A DNA stretch of 64,000 nt from assembly GCF_009914755.1 (NCBI RefSeq), contig NC_060927.1. One strand, given 5' to 3'. This document shows, one piece after another, positions 28,545 to 41,444 of the stretch. The position numbers were made by a program, and so were the translations under genes. This DNA is from the human T2T-CHM13v2.0 reference genome, Homo sapiens. Numbering within the stretch: the stretch's first letter is position 1; every line of letters starts with the position of its first letter. A model generated the notes under the pieces. It saw nothing but the letters and a program-made list of their open reading frames with translations, made no database searches and was not told where the DNA came from.

Positions 28545-28907
28545 TGTGATAGCTGATTTTGTAGGTCAACTTAAGTAGGCTAAGGGATGCCCACATAGGT
28601 GGTAAAACATTATTTCTGTGTGCTTCTGTGAGGGTGTTTCCAGAAGAAATGAGCATCGGTAGATTGAGTAAAGAAGTTCTTCCCTCACCAACGTCAGCAG
28701 GTATCATCCAATCCACTGAAGGCCTGAATAGAACAAAAAGGTGGAGGAGCATAAATTTACTCTCTCTCTTCTTGAGCTGGAACATCTGTCTTTTTACCCT
28801 TGAGCATCAGTGTCCTGGTTTTCAGACCTTCTGCCTCCAGGACTTACACCAGTGCACCCTAATCTATCTTATTGTTGCTGTTTCTCTTTAGAACCCTGAC
28901 TAATACA
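28545..28907 (+). mobile_element. MLT2C-like ERVL solo LTR
   Basis: TGTGATAGCTGATTTTGTAGGTCAACTT...GTGAGGGTGTTTCCAGAAGA...GGCCTGAATAGAACAAAAAGG...GAACCCTGACTAATACA. Confidence 0.85.
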
Positions 28908-29254
28908 GTTGTTGCTTCCAGATGGATCAAATAAATGGCATGGGTACTACTGCCAGTCCTCTGCACCATAACCCATGACCAATCATGACACTGTCTGCTG
29001 CTGAGACCTGATATCACCTTGAAGACCTTTAATAGCTCATGCTCTAAGAAGCTGCTATCAGTTGCCTAGAACAGGCAAAAGAGAATAAGCTCATTTACCA
29101 TTCCAGTGAGTTCAGTGGCACAATAGGCAGCAAGGCAGAACAAAGAGAGGGCCAAAGAAGGACCTACTAAGCCAAATGGGGAGTAAGGCAGCTGCATTCC
29201 TGCAAAGGAGAGGGGATAATATCAAGATTATGTCTGAAGTGGCAAGGGCATAGA

Positions 29255-29352
29255 ATGCAGCAGAGACTTCGTCTGGTCCATTACTATATAATCAGTACCC
29301 AGGACAGTGCCTGGCACATGGTAATGCCTCAATGAACATTTGTAACATGAAC
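29255..29352 (+). mobile_element. L2 3' end
   Basis: ACAGTGCCTGGCACATGGTAATGCCTCAATGAACATTTGT...ATGAA. Confidence 0.7.
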
Positions 29353-29441
29353 ATCTACTTATTCCAATGAATGGCAATAGGACACAATTCTAGGCAGAGA
29401 AAGGAAACTGCCAATTCCAATTGAGATTGCTTTAAGAGCTC

Positions 29442-29873
29442 TGTAATAGTCAGGGTTCTCTAGAGAAACAGAACAAATAGGATAGATAGATATATAAAGG
29501 GAAGTTTATTAAGGACTATTAACTCACATGATAACAAGATCCCACAAACGGCTGTCTGCAAGCTGAGGAGCAATGAAGCCAGTCTGAGTCTCGAAGCTGA
29601 AGTCTGATGTTCTAGGGCAGGAAGCATCCAGCATGGGAAAAAGATGCAGGCTGGCAGGCTAAGCCAGTCTAGTCTATTCACTTCTATTTTTGTATTCTGA
29701 CCACTCTGGCAACTGATTAAATGGTGTTCACCCAGATTAAGGGTGGGTCTGTCTTTCCCAGCCCACTGATTCAAATGTTAATCTCCTCTTGGCAACACCC
29801 TCACAGACACGCCAGGATCAATAATTTTCATCCTTCAATCCAATCAAATTGACACTCAGTATTAACCATCACA
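29442..29873 (-). mobile_element. MLT2A1/MLT2A2 (HERV-L) solo LTR, complete
   Basis: TGTAATAGTCAGGGTTCTCTAGAG...GGCAGGAAGCATCCAGCATGGG...GACACTCAGTATTAACCATCACA; perfect TSD AGCTC at 29437-29441 and 29874-29878. Confidence 0.92.
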
Positions 29874-30529
29874 AGCTCCTATAAATTCTGACTTCTAGAA
29901 CTTAGATTCTGCTAGAACTTTGAGTCCAGCCAAAACTTTGAGTCAACATTGAAGAGCACTTTGTGAAGACTGGAGCCATGGTGGATGCATATTTATGGAT
30001 GGCTGGGAAGGAATGAAGGCAGGGGAAATGGCAGTCACTGGAAATCAAGTACTGCTCAAGTCCTAATAATACACAATTAAAAATACTGCCCTAAAAGTAA
30101 TTAAACTATTATTTGGTGGGTAGAATTTTGCCTTAAATCACTCTGTCCTCAGATGGGATTTTAAGTATCTTTCTTGAAAATAAATGTTATTATTTTGGAA
30201 TGCCGTAACAGGAGAGTTCATGTCCTTTGTGGTTCCGTTCATAGATCAGAAGTTTATTACAAGTTCCTGTGTGGACCAATACTTCCTAAAGCCTATTTTA
30301 TGGAACTGTGGCCTAGAAAATACTCTATGTGGAAAAAGAAAGGATTCTGAGGCCAAATAAATTGGGAAACACTGCAGTCAGTATTATTTTGTCAATCTAC
30401 ATATTACATTAGCTCATGAAAGGTTTTGAGGAGTCTTGGGGTAAACACAGTGGTTTACCCGAGCATTGTTCAGATAGTTTGGTCATGGAACTTTCTTTTT
30501 CATATAACACCTAGCAACATCCCAAAGTG

Positions 30530-30770
30530 TAAAGGAAAGAATACTAGACTAAGAATCAGATAATATTTGAGTTTCAGTCCTAAACATAAGTTACTAAATG
30601 GGTCACTGGCAAAACATTTAAATTTTATAAGCCTCAATTTTCACTGTTAAATTAGTGAAATGCCTCCCTTAGCAAAGCTTTGTGTGAATTAAATAAGATA
30701 CTTTATGGGAAAGATTTTGTAAATAATGAAACATTACCTAAATGTTAGTTGTTAATATCATTATTTCAGT
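30530..30770 (+). mobile_element. MIR
   Basis: GAAAGAATACTAGACTAAGAATCAGA...GGCAAAACATTTAA...AGCCTCAATTTTC...GAATTAAATAAGATA. Confidence 0.65.
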
Positions 30771-31172
30771 CAGTTCTTTGAACATGAAATGTGAGAAATG
30801 GTTTCCCAACTATAGGCCACACTTGTCACTTTTTTCCCCTACCATTTAGCTCACTCCAAAGCACTATCCAAACAGCAAAATAATGGAAACCCATTAAAGG
30901 CTTTTTCCATTATGTTGACATGACATAAACCACTACTCAATCTTGATATTTTAAGGAATTGGCCAAAAACCTAATTCTATAAAACCCATAAGTGCTATTT
31001 GAGACTAAAATTTGAGTTAAACATGTCCATAAGCCTGCTATTGTTTCAACAAATAGATATACATATGTACCTGCATGTGGTACATGGTGTTCTATCAGTT
31101 CAGTATGTCTCATTTTTTACTCTTAATTTGTCTGAGACAAATTACTGGTTTTTTTCCTACTGTTTCTATTTT

Positions 31173-32872
31173 TATATATGTATATATATCTACATGTGTG
31201 TATACATGTATATGTGTGTGTATGTATATGTACATACACATATATACATATGTGTGTGTATGTATATGTACATACACATATATACATATGTGTGTGTATG
31301 TATATGTACATACACATATATACATATGTGTGTGTATGTATATGTACATACACATATATACATATGTGTGTGTGTATGTACATACACATATATACATATA
31401 TGTGTGTGTGTATGTACATACACATATATACATATATGTGTGTGTGTATGTACATACACATATATACATATATGTGTGTGTGTATGTACATACACATATA
31501 TACATATATGTGTGTGTATGTGTACATACACATATATACATATGTGTGTGTATGTGTACATACACATATATACATATGTGTGTGTGTATGTGTACATACA
31601 CATATATACATATGTGTGTGTATGTGTACATACACATATATACATATGTGTGTGTGTATGTGTACATACACATATATACATATGTGTGTGTATGTGTACA
31701 TACACATATATACATATGTGTGTGTGTATGTGTACATACACATATATACATATGTGTGTGTGTATGTGTACATACACATATATACATATGTGTGTGTGTA
31801 TGTGTACATACACATATATACATATGTGTGTGTGTATGTGTACATACACATATATACATATGTGTGTGTGTGTATGTGTACATACACATATATACATATG
31901 TGTGTGTGTATGTGTACATACACATATATACATATGTGTGTGTGTGTATGTGTACATACACATATATACATATGTGTGTGTATGTATGTGTACATACACA
32001 TATATACATATGTGTGTGTGTATGTATATGTACATACACATATATACATATATGTGTGTGTATGTATATGTACATGCACATATATACATGTGTGTGTGTA
32101 CATGCACATATATACGTGTGTGTACATGCACATATATACATATGTGTGTGTGTACATGCACATATATACATATATGTGTGTGTACATGCACATATATACG
32201 TGTGTGTGCATGCACATATATACATATATGTGTGTGTACATACACATATATACATATATGTGTGTGTATATGTACATACACATATATACATATGTGTGTA
32301 TGTATATGTACATACACATATATACATATATATGTGTGTGTATGTATATGTACATACACATATATACATATATATGTGTGTGTATGTATATGTACATACA
32401 CATATATACATATATATGTGTGTGTATGTATATGTACATACACATATATACATATATATGTGTGTGTGTATGTATATGTACATACACATATATACATATG
32501 TGTGTGTGTATGTATATGTACATACACATATATACATATATATGTGTGTGTATATGTACATACACATATATACATATATATGTGTGTGTATATGTATATG
32601 TACATACACATATATACATATATATGTGTGTGTATATGTATATGTACATACACATATATACATATATATGTGTGTGTATATGTATATGTTTATTATACAC
32701 ATATATACACATATATACACATTTATATATATATAAATAACACACATATATACATATATGTGTATATATACACATATACATATATACATGTACATATATA
32801 CAAATATACACGTACATATATACACATGCGCACATATATATACACGTATACACACACACACATATATATATA
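31173..32872. repeat. Minisatellite/VNTR, ~28-36 bp unit TACATACACATATATACATA(TA)TGTGTGTG(TG)TATGT(G/ATATG), with TA/CA-rich flanks
   Basis: Dozens of near-identical units with essentially strict purine-pyrimidine alternation. Confidence 0.97.
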
Positions 32873-33025
32873 AACTATAAAACATGGCAACAGTAGTGAC
32901 AAAAACAAGTAATTTGTCTCCTCAGACTAAGAGTAAAAACTGAGATAAATATATAAATCAGCATTAAAAAAATCTCTCTCTAGCTTCAAGGAGTTTAATG
33001 TTCAAAGTAACACCAAAAGTTATCA

Positions 33026-33026
33026 T

Positions 33027-33066
<40 letters not shown>
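33026..33066. repeat. (TG)n microsatellite
   Basis: Directly visible. Confidence 0.92.
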
Positions 33067-33390
33067 CAGGAAACTGTGGCAGGTGCGCCAACTCTTGTTC
33101 TTCTGTTTTTGTATGGCCTGCAAGATAAGAATAGTTTTTACACTTTTTAATGGTTGCAGGGGTAGGAGTGGGAGAAATAATTTATGACAAGTGAAAATTA
33201 TATGAAATTCAAATGTTAGTGTCCTTAAGTTTCATTGGAACATTGCCACACCTATTTGTTTACATATTGTCTATGGCTGCTTTCACATTGTAGCAATAGA
33301 GTTGGGTAGCCGCAACAGAGACTGTATGGCTCTCAAAGTCCAAAATACTCACTACCTGACCCTTTACCAAAAAAAGTTTGTCAACCTCTG
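33067..33390 (+). mobile_element. MER58B-like hAT-Charlie element
   Basis: TGTTTTTGTATGGCCTGCAAG...GAAAATTATATGAAATTCAAAT...TGTCTATGGCTGCTTTCAC...CCCTTTACCAAAAAAAGTTTGTCAACCTCTG. Confidence 0.85.
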
Positions 33391-34311
33391 CCTTATGCTC
33401 ATGTTTTTTAGACAAGTGTATTGTATGAGAAAATATAGTTACTCCACTCCACAGCAGACATCTGGGGACAGATTTTTGAGAGTAAGCTTAGTTCTCCTTT
33501 TAATTTTTCTTATACTAGAAAGCAATGTGTTTAGTAGAAATCTTAGGACTTTGGGCCTGGAAGTGAATCTTACCTCTAGTTGTATTAGCTGTCTCTGGAT
33601 AAACCATTTGAACATTCTCATTCTCATCTTCCTTATCTGACTCATATGATGTTAGACTAATATAATAATCAGATTCATATGATTTTAGCCCAGTGCCTAT
33701 GTCAAAGCAGTCTTCTGATAAATATCAGTTTCCTTCCTCAGCATCCCAGCAAAGAGCATGGGGAATGCATTACAAATGGGCTCCTGCAATTCATTTTGCA
33801 GCCTGCAACCACCAAACAATTGAAAAGTAAAGTGCAGACAAGCCCCCAGCCTGCTTCCTGCAGCTGACTGACAGCACTTCTCAGGTCTGGCTGACTGGAA
33901 AATAATACATTTCCGACAGATCATTTGGTTTAGCCTTTTCTTCTTGTAAACAATTATCTACCAGTGTGTGCTTCTCACTGAAAATGTGCTTAAATGCTAG
34001 ACCTCCAGCCAGCACCCTCCAACATGCCTGCTCTAAGAACCCTGGAGAACATTGGCACAGCATCTCTATCCATGGGGAAGAAGGCAAAGGCTGGGCACAC
34101 CTGGAGAATTTGCCTCCTATCTAACTGCTTAAACAACTACAATGATGAGATTACCACACTGCCCCTCCCCGCACCTTGCACAGTGCTGTAAATGCAATGA
34201 ACCCAAGCCAGCAGGCTTTTCCTGGTCACTCAGCTCAACTATTCTTATGCCCTCACCAGTTGCATGATTCATGGTTGTATTACTGCAGGTTCAGAAACCT
34301 ATGAGAGGCAG

Positions 34312-34763
34312 ATGCTGTGGTGCTCACCCAGATCCTCTTTGTCAGCCTGATCCACACATCCCCCAACTTCTGCCAGTGATGGCAGCTGCTATGGGGCACA
34401 GGTGTATCTGTTTAGAACTGCCTTTGGCCAACCAAAACTTTGTGTGTCCTACTCTCCTCACTCAGGAGCAGCCAGAGCCAATGAATGCATGTGTGACAGG
34501 TGTACAAATGCTTGCCACCACCTTGCCTCAAGACAAGACAACTCCATATTGCCCTTTGAGCTAGAGATCCTTCTTCTGTTGCCCCCAGGAGGTGAGACCA
34601 AGGCTAGATTTATCCTGACACTACATCCTTGCTCACCTCCTTTCCCTTCCCTAGCTCTTGGCTTTGGTCTGTTCCTCATAGTTTCTTGAACTGAAAAACA
34701 CTACCTCATTAAATCACAAATCTTTGTCTAGAACTTTACTTCTAAGAACCTCAACCTATGACA
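34312..34763 (+). mobile_element. LTR16-family ERVL solo LTR
   Basis: TGGTGCTCACCCAGATCC...AGCCAATGA...CCTTGCCTCAAG...ACAACTC...CCTCATTAAATCAC...CTTCTAAGAACC...CCTATGACA. Confidence 0.65.
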
Positions 34764-36368
34764 CTCTGAGTCACCTAAAGAGCACAGGCCGGTATGAGGT
34801 CAGAAAGGGGCATGTTGCTCCTCTGAGTTAAACATGGCTGCTGGTTATTCTAATGGAGATAATGGCTTAACCAACCCAAATGAGGGAGAGAGCCAATGGA
34901 GAGCCTTGTCAGCGGGGAGAGAGCCCATGTCCACAGGGACACTGGCTACACAGCTTGACTAATCCAAGCCACAAGGAATGTAGCTGCCCAGGACGAATAT
35001 CTAGCACTGGCACCACCCGAAGAGCCTCCACTTCCACCCAAGATAAAGTTACTCAGAGGGATGCCTCTCTTAACAGTCAGCATACATTTGACCAACTACA
35101 GGGCCAGTTGTGCATACAGGGGTGGAGAAAAACAAGGGAGCCTGGAGAGAGGCAATTCAAAAGTTACTCCTTGAAATTATAGTCTTGGGTTTAATTCCAA
35201 AATGGAATGATAATAGCTTCAAAGCTGGCATAAAGGGAAACATGGCTCTTTTGTAGGGTTAGACCAAAATGAGGGTCAGGATAGCAGGAAGTTTAAAACA
35301 GTCCTGAGCAGAGATCAATGCTTACAGAGACATAGTAGCAGACTGCCTCTCTGCCCATGATGCTATTCAACCTGAAAAAGTGAAAGAGCTGCAATAGCCT
35401 GATTAGTGGGGAGCTGTACCAAACACACAGGGAGCTTGAGAGGGTGGAAGAGAAGGCATTCTCCTCACACCCCCCATTCATCAGGGGAAAATGACTGTGA
35501 ACAGCATAGAGACCACCATGACTGGGAGGTTGGTGCTGGGTCATGCACAGGTCAATGCCATGTGTGTTCAATCACCAGCCCCCGATGGGTCAGGAAAGGT
35601 GGCGGCCACCTAGGCCAGCAAGGTAAGTAATAAGCCTGAAGGTGAGACTCTGTGCTGGATTAAGTGGGCTTTGCTTCAGTGGCTTAAGACTGAGCAAGCA
35701 GTCAGGGAATAGAGGATGTTTAAAGAAGATGAAAGAGAAGAGAAGGAAATATTCTGCCATAATAAAAGGAATTACACCTTCAAATGCAAGTAGGAGATAT
35801 TTCTGTGAAATATGCAGGGATTATATGGTAATGGAAACTGAATAAATGACTATTTAGATGAGACAAGGGGAACAAGTAATTTCAAGGGGTCCTCTGACTT
35901 CGCTGATAGAAGAGGAACTGAGGAAGAGGGTCCTTACCAGAAAAATTGTGGAACTTGGTTTAGAATTGGGTACTATGTTGGTTACTCTTTAAATTTGTAA
36001 AATAATTCCATGTAACACATTTATACAATGGACTGCAAAGGAGCATGAAAGAACTTTCTAGGAAGGTAAAAATATTTTATATCTTCATTGTGTCACTTGT
36101 TATTTAAGGCTTGTTTGTCAGCATCATCAACCTGTGCACTTAAAATATGTGAATTGTATTGTAGCTACATCAAACACCCACCATTCTTTGGTAAAACATA
36201 TAGAATGAAGATATAATGCCTATGTAATAATAAAAAATTATTTTACCTAAAAGTTTAATAAACTAATCAACTACTCACAGTATAGGTTAAATCCCTCTCT
36301 TTGGCCTCAAGTCTACAAATTTGAAAAAATTGCATTGATAACTAATTGAGTTTTAAAAGATAATTTTT

Positions 36369-36473
36369 GGCTAGGTGCAGTGTCTCACACCTATAATCCC
36401 AGCAAGGTAGAATTTGCCTAGTCCAGGAATTCAAGACCAGCCTGGGCAACGTAGTGAGACCTCATTAAAAAAT
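36369..36473 (+). mobile_element. Alu left monomer (FLAM-like), deleted
   Basis: GGCTAGGTGCAGTGTCTCACACCTATAATCCCAGCA...CCAGGAATTCAAGACCAGCCTGGGCAACGTAGTGAGACC followed by A's; TSD ataatttt. Confidence 0.85.
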
Positions 36474-37292
36474 ATATAATTTTCAAAGATATCAGAGTTT
36501 ACTTGGGTGAAAATGGCACATTTCTATTTTTTAGCAGTAAGCTAACTTTTTTCTGAAACTTCTTTGTATATGTATATGTGACCTGGCTGAAGAAACTAGT
36601 TGCAATGTTTGAACTAGATATGTAAGAATTTCAAAATGCTATTCTTTTTATTACTTCCAGGATGGCTTACAGTCCTCATGAGTAAAATGGAATTAATTAG
36701 AGGATCATTATTATTCGCATTGTATTTTTGAATTATGACTCTTGTGTGTTTCAATAATTATTTTTTATATTTCAGGCATTTTTTTAAAAGGGATGTGTTG
36801 GGCCATAGCTTACAAAATGAGAAGAGGATATAGATCAGGCATTAATCAATGTCAGTATGTTTAAAACAATGGCTGTCAACACTATTTCCCCTAGCTGAAT
36901 TTTGGAAGAAAATTTTTCCATTTTCTGGCCTGCTTTAGAACCACATATTGAAGTCACAGATTCTGTGGCTTATCTAGTGAAAGGTGATTTTTTTTAATAT
37001 CAAAAGGTTTACAAATACAAATAGAAAATGTTTTCTCTTTGGAGGCTTAATGTTAAAACATCTTCATGAAAACCAACAAATTAAAAGATGTTGACAATAT
37101 GTGTACAATAAAACTTGGAGATTTCATATTAATAAAGTATCTTATGCTCCAAATTAGAATGGAAAAATATTTTTTGGCATGTTATCCATTTCTGAGGGCA
37201 TTAAACTGTTAAAAGTAACTATAGAATATAACATTAGAGTGCCTGAAAGTTTACTCCATTTTTAATTGAAAGTGTTTTTGTTCTAAGATAGT

Positions 37293-37759
37293 GTATTAGC
37301 AAGGGTTCTCCAGAGAAACAGAACCAACAGGATGTATACATAGAGACAGGGACTTATTTTAAAGAATTGGCTCACACAGTTATGGAGGCTTGGCAAGTTC
37401 AAAAATCTGTAGTGTAGGCCTGCAGGCTGGAGACCCAGAAAAGAGTCACAGTTCAAGTTCAGAAAGGGTCTGCTGGCAGAATGCCATCTTGCTCAGGGGA
37501 GCTCATCTTTTTCTATTCGGGCCTTCAACTGATTAGATGAGGCCCACCCACATTATGGAGATAATCTACTTTACCCAAAGTCCACTGAGATAAATGTTAA
37601 TCTCATCTTAAAAATACTTTCACAGCATTAAGAATATGTGTCCACTGAGTTAAATGTTAATCTCATCTTAAAATACTTTCACAGCATTAAGAATAATGTT
37701 TGACCAAACATCTCAATAGCATGGTCCAGTCATGCTGACACATAACATTACTCATCACC
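37293..37759 (-). mobile_element. MLT2B-like ERVL solo LTR with an internal tandem duplication
   Basis: TGTATTAGCAAGGGTTCTCCAGAGAAACAGAACCAACAGGA...CCTTCAACTGATTAGATGAGGCCCACCCACATTATGGAG...TGACACATAACATTACTCATCAC. Confidence 0.88.
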
Positions 37760-38264
37760 AGTGGAGACAAGGGAAACAAAAACTTCAGAGATATACCCAA
37801 GATGGCTGAGAATTACAAGTAATGGTACTGGGGAATATCCAGATGATAGGTAAATGTAAAACAGAACTAACATGTGCTGTAACCTACTTGTCCTTACAAC
37901 TTTGGCAAGATGTTTTTAGCAGAACACTGTACAGTCAACATTGTCAAGGTCACAAAGAGCTATATTATAAAAATATTATCAGTAAAAGTCCTCTAATTTA
38001 AATATCAGCTATATTTCCCTGACAGTGCATAATAATAAGAGAGTAGAAAAGTTTATCTTCCAATTCCCATCTCCCTTTGATCAAAAGTATAACCCATGGA
38101 GCATTAGCTTCTTTACACTTCCTGGTTATGTATGTGCATGCCAGTGAGGGCCCATTGAGTCTCAAGTCACAGCAGGCAGCAGGTGAGGGAACCTGCAGCA
38201 CTGGCATAAGAAGATATGTGGTCAAGTGTGCCTGGAGAAAGCTTCTCAGAGCCCACAGCATAGC

Positions 38265-39300
38265 TGTCGCAGGTTGGGCTCCTGGGAAACAAACTCTGAG
38301 ATGGAGATTTGCATACAGTGGCTTCTTGGGGAATGCTCTTGGTAACAACCCTAGAAAGGGAGTGAAAGAAGCAGAATGAGGCAGAGGGTATCAGGGAAGC
38401 ACAGCACAGCCTCCATGTCAGTAGGCACCACAGCAGTGCTCAAGAGCCTGGAATCAGGTGAGGCCAAGAGCATCTCTAGTGACATATTAAGCAGTGTCTA
38501 GTCTTTACGCCATCTAGATCTGCTTGTGCTCCACCAGCATATTTGGCTCCTTTGCTACAACATTTAGGGTCTCTGTTGTTGAGAGATAATACCATTACAT
38601 ATTCCCTGAAAAAGTACACTTGTGCAGACTTGAGGTTTGCTTTAAGCTTGTAGACAGCTTCAATAACCTAAGACAATAGGCTTATTGGGAAAGAAAGCTA
38701 CAGTCTCTGTTGCTACAGCAGGTCCCAAGGCCCAGTCTGATATTTATCGCTTCATTTCTTCACCATCCATTTAAGATATATTTAACCACAACTCAGCACT
38801 TCAGCTAGTCTAACTTACTTGCATAGTAGAGTGAACCAGAACTTACTCCTCATGTAGTTTGTGTATTTGGTTGCCTTACTCTTGTCAATCGGTGGCTACC
38901 CAATTTCCCACTTGCCATACACCAGTGAATGCCCTGGGTCCCAGACATAGTCCACCCAACACAACTATTAATATGTAGCAGTAACCCTAGCACCTCATGA
39001 AAAATAGGGTTGAGTATGCCTACTAATTTACCTCTTTGCACAAGAAGAAACAAATGAAAACAACGTAAAGGAGCCTGGATCATGTTCCATCAGCAAAGAC
39101 ACATGCATTCTGGTTTCTGAACAAACTGAACAAAATCAGAACAGACCCCCACAATTCTGTAAATCTCTCCAGCAATCAGTGAAATGATCTATCAATCGTG
39201 ACTTACCATATGGGATTCAACTGTCCTTAAGACAGTATCTAAGCAAGTATTGCTGAGGAAATAAATTAGCAAAAAGCTGAACACCTGGGTTCTCTTAATT
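38265..39300 (-). mobile_element. LTR33/LTR16-like LTR plus degenerate ERVL internal remnant
   Basis: GGTTGGGCTCCTGGGAAACAAACTCTGAGATGGAGATTTGCAT LTR end; the downstream sequence resembles decayed ERVL internal DNA. Confidence 0.5.
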
Positions 39301-39991
39301 GCAGATTACTTCCCATCAACCCCTGGCTCTGACCTCCCGACCTCCAGGAAAAAGAGGAAGCAGATCCGATTAGTTTTGAGTAAATTCAAAAGTAATAACA
39401 TTAGTTTTATCATTTTGGCATTAATTCACAAGTCTTTGGGTCAACTGGCTAGGAAAAAAAAGTTCAAATTACCTAAAGAAAGTCATTTTTTAAGCAAGTA
39501 GATTTAAAATAAAAACAGAAACCTGGGGCAGGAAAAATTATCGCGGACATATTACAAGAAAGTAAGGACCTGTTCAGAGAAATGAGGGCCAAACCAGAAG
39601 AGAAGATCCATAGAAGTCAAATAGTCACAGTATGATTATAATAAAATAAGTAATCATTATAGTCAGATGGAATAAATTGAATTTTATGGAGGTGTGTGTC
39701 CGTAATGACACTAAAAAAAGGGAGGGGTTAGTTCAAAATGAGTAAAACAATAATTATAAGTTATAAATTTCTGTATTGTCTATTAAATATGCTATGAACG
39801 AGTAAAATCAAATTATGAGTTCTATAATAGAGTTTTCTCCCAAAAAAGATGTACTATAAAAAATTTCAAACATCCCAAAAACTTATAAAAATTTTACAAT
39901 GAACATCTGAACACCCACCACCTAGATTCTATCATTAACATCTTACTATACTTACTTTATTATACACCTATCCTTTAATCCTGTATACATC

Positions 39992-40388
39992 TGCATTGAT
40001 TTGTCAGAACTGCTGTACAAGGTACCACAGACCAGGTGGCTAAAACAGCATAAATTTATTTTCTCTGGATCCTGGATAATAGAAGTGAAGACCATGATCA
40101 AGGTGTCAGCAGGGTTACTTTCTTCTGAGGCTCCCCTCCTTGGCTTGCAGATAGCTGTCTTTGCTCTGCATCTTCACATGATATTCTTCTGTGCTCTGTC
40201 TCTGACCTAATCTTCTAATCTCTTCTCATAAGGGCACCAGTCATTATGGATTAGGGCCCATCCCTATGATCACATTTTACCTTAATCACCTCTTCAGAGG
40301 CCCTGTCTCCAAATGCAGTCACATTCAAGATACTGGGAGTTAGAACTTAAGCATGTGAATTTTGGGGAGACAAATTCAGCCCATAACA
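39992..40388 (-). mobile_element. MLT1B/A-like MaLR solo LTR
   Basis: GATCAAGGTGTCAGCAGGG...CTTGGCTTGCAGATAGC...GGATTAGGGCCCA...TCTCCAAATGCAGTCACATTC...AATTCAGCCCATAACA. Confidence 0.88.
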
Positions 40389-40959
40389 ATGCCCGTGAAT
40401 TTTTTTATGCTTTTAAAAATAAACTAAAAGCATTAATACACTTCCTTCTATGATGGAGTATTGATCTAAAACCAGTTTATCAATTGAAATTGTCAATCAG
40501 TGTGGGGTAGGTGAATAAAGCACCTACTAGTAAAAGAAATATTGGGCATGATAAATGAGAAACAACAAGGTATGTAATGCCCATCACAAGTGTCCAGGAG
40601 ACAAATATTACTTTGCTCATTATTATGTTAAACCTGGTCAGAACTTTATTATTAACATTCTAGAATGGACTAAAATGTAATTTAATCACAGAAATTTGAC
40701 TCATCCCCAGATACTAGTGGCAAGGAAGATTAAATTAGAAGAAATACATAACCATAAAGAATGTAATGAGAACGGCAAAGGGATCATGTAAACAGAAAAG
40801 TAAAATAAGAATTAGTCCAAAGCTATTTGGAGTGGTCAAAAGACATAACTTTGGGATGCAACAACTATGCTTAGTTAATCATACCACTCTTAAGAAACAA
40901 ACTTAAAACAATTCGATGTTTTGTACAATTTATTACAGGAAATTATAATATTATTATAC

Positions 40960-41440
40960 TGTTATATTAGTTAGGGTATGAGTTTAAAAGCCACAACAGA
41001 ATACTTCAAAACACAATCCCTTAAGAAATACAGAAGTAATTTTTTTCATCTATCAGATGAGAGTCCAGAGGCAAGTGATCCAAGCTGATGGGTTGTCTCT
41101 GCTTGCCAGTGTCATCTGGAGGCACAGGTACTTTCTAACTTTTTGCTCTTCCATCTCCTAGGTTATTCTCCTGACTTTCAAGCCAGATATGTACCACAAC
41201 TGCATTCTAGTTAACAAGAAGAGGTCAAGATGAAGACTATGACAAGTTGTTACATCCCTAAGAATATAATCTGAAAGCTGGACTTATTACTTCCTCTACA
41301 GCTCATTGGCCAGAAATTAGTAACATGTCCACACCAGGCAGCAAGTGGTGTGAGTAATGCTAGTCTGTAACTAGGGAGCCATGGGATCAGCTAAAATGTA
41401 GTATATTCTAGTATTAAAAAGAAGAAGAAAATGGATACTG
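40960..41440 (-). mobile_element. Old MaLR LTR (MLT1I/J-like)
   Basis: GAGTCCAGAGGCAAGTGATCCAAGCTG...CTCATTGGCCAGAAATTAGTAACATGTCCACACC. Confidence 0.6.
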
Positions 41441-41444
41441 GGAG

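Noticed and set aside
31205-32690. ~30-bp palindromic repeated units reminiscent of a CRISPR array
   Set aside because: There are no unique spacers and no cas genes, and the context is primate genomic DNA. It is a tandem repeat.
30999-32885. Six overlapping ORFs of 487-624 aa rich in C/V/Y/H/I/T/M, on both strands
   Set aside because: Strict purine-pyrimidine alternation cannot contain TAA, TAG or TGA, so all frames are open automatically. This is a minisatellite artefact, not a Cys/His metal-binding protein.
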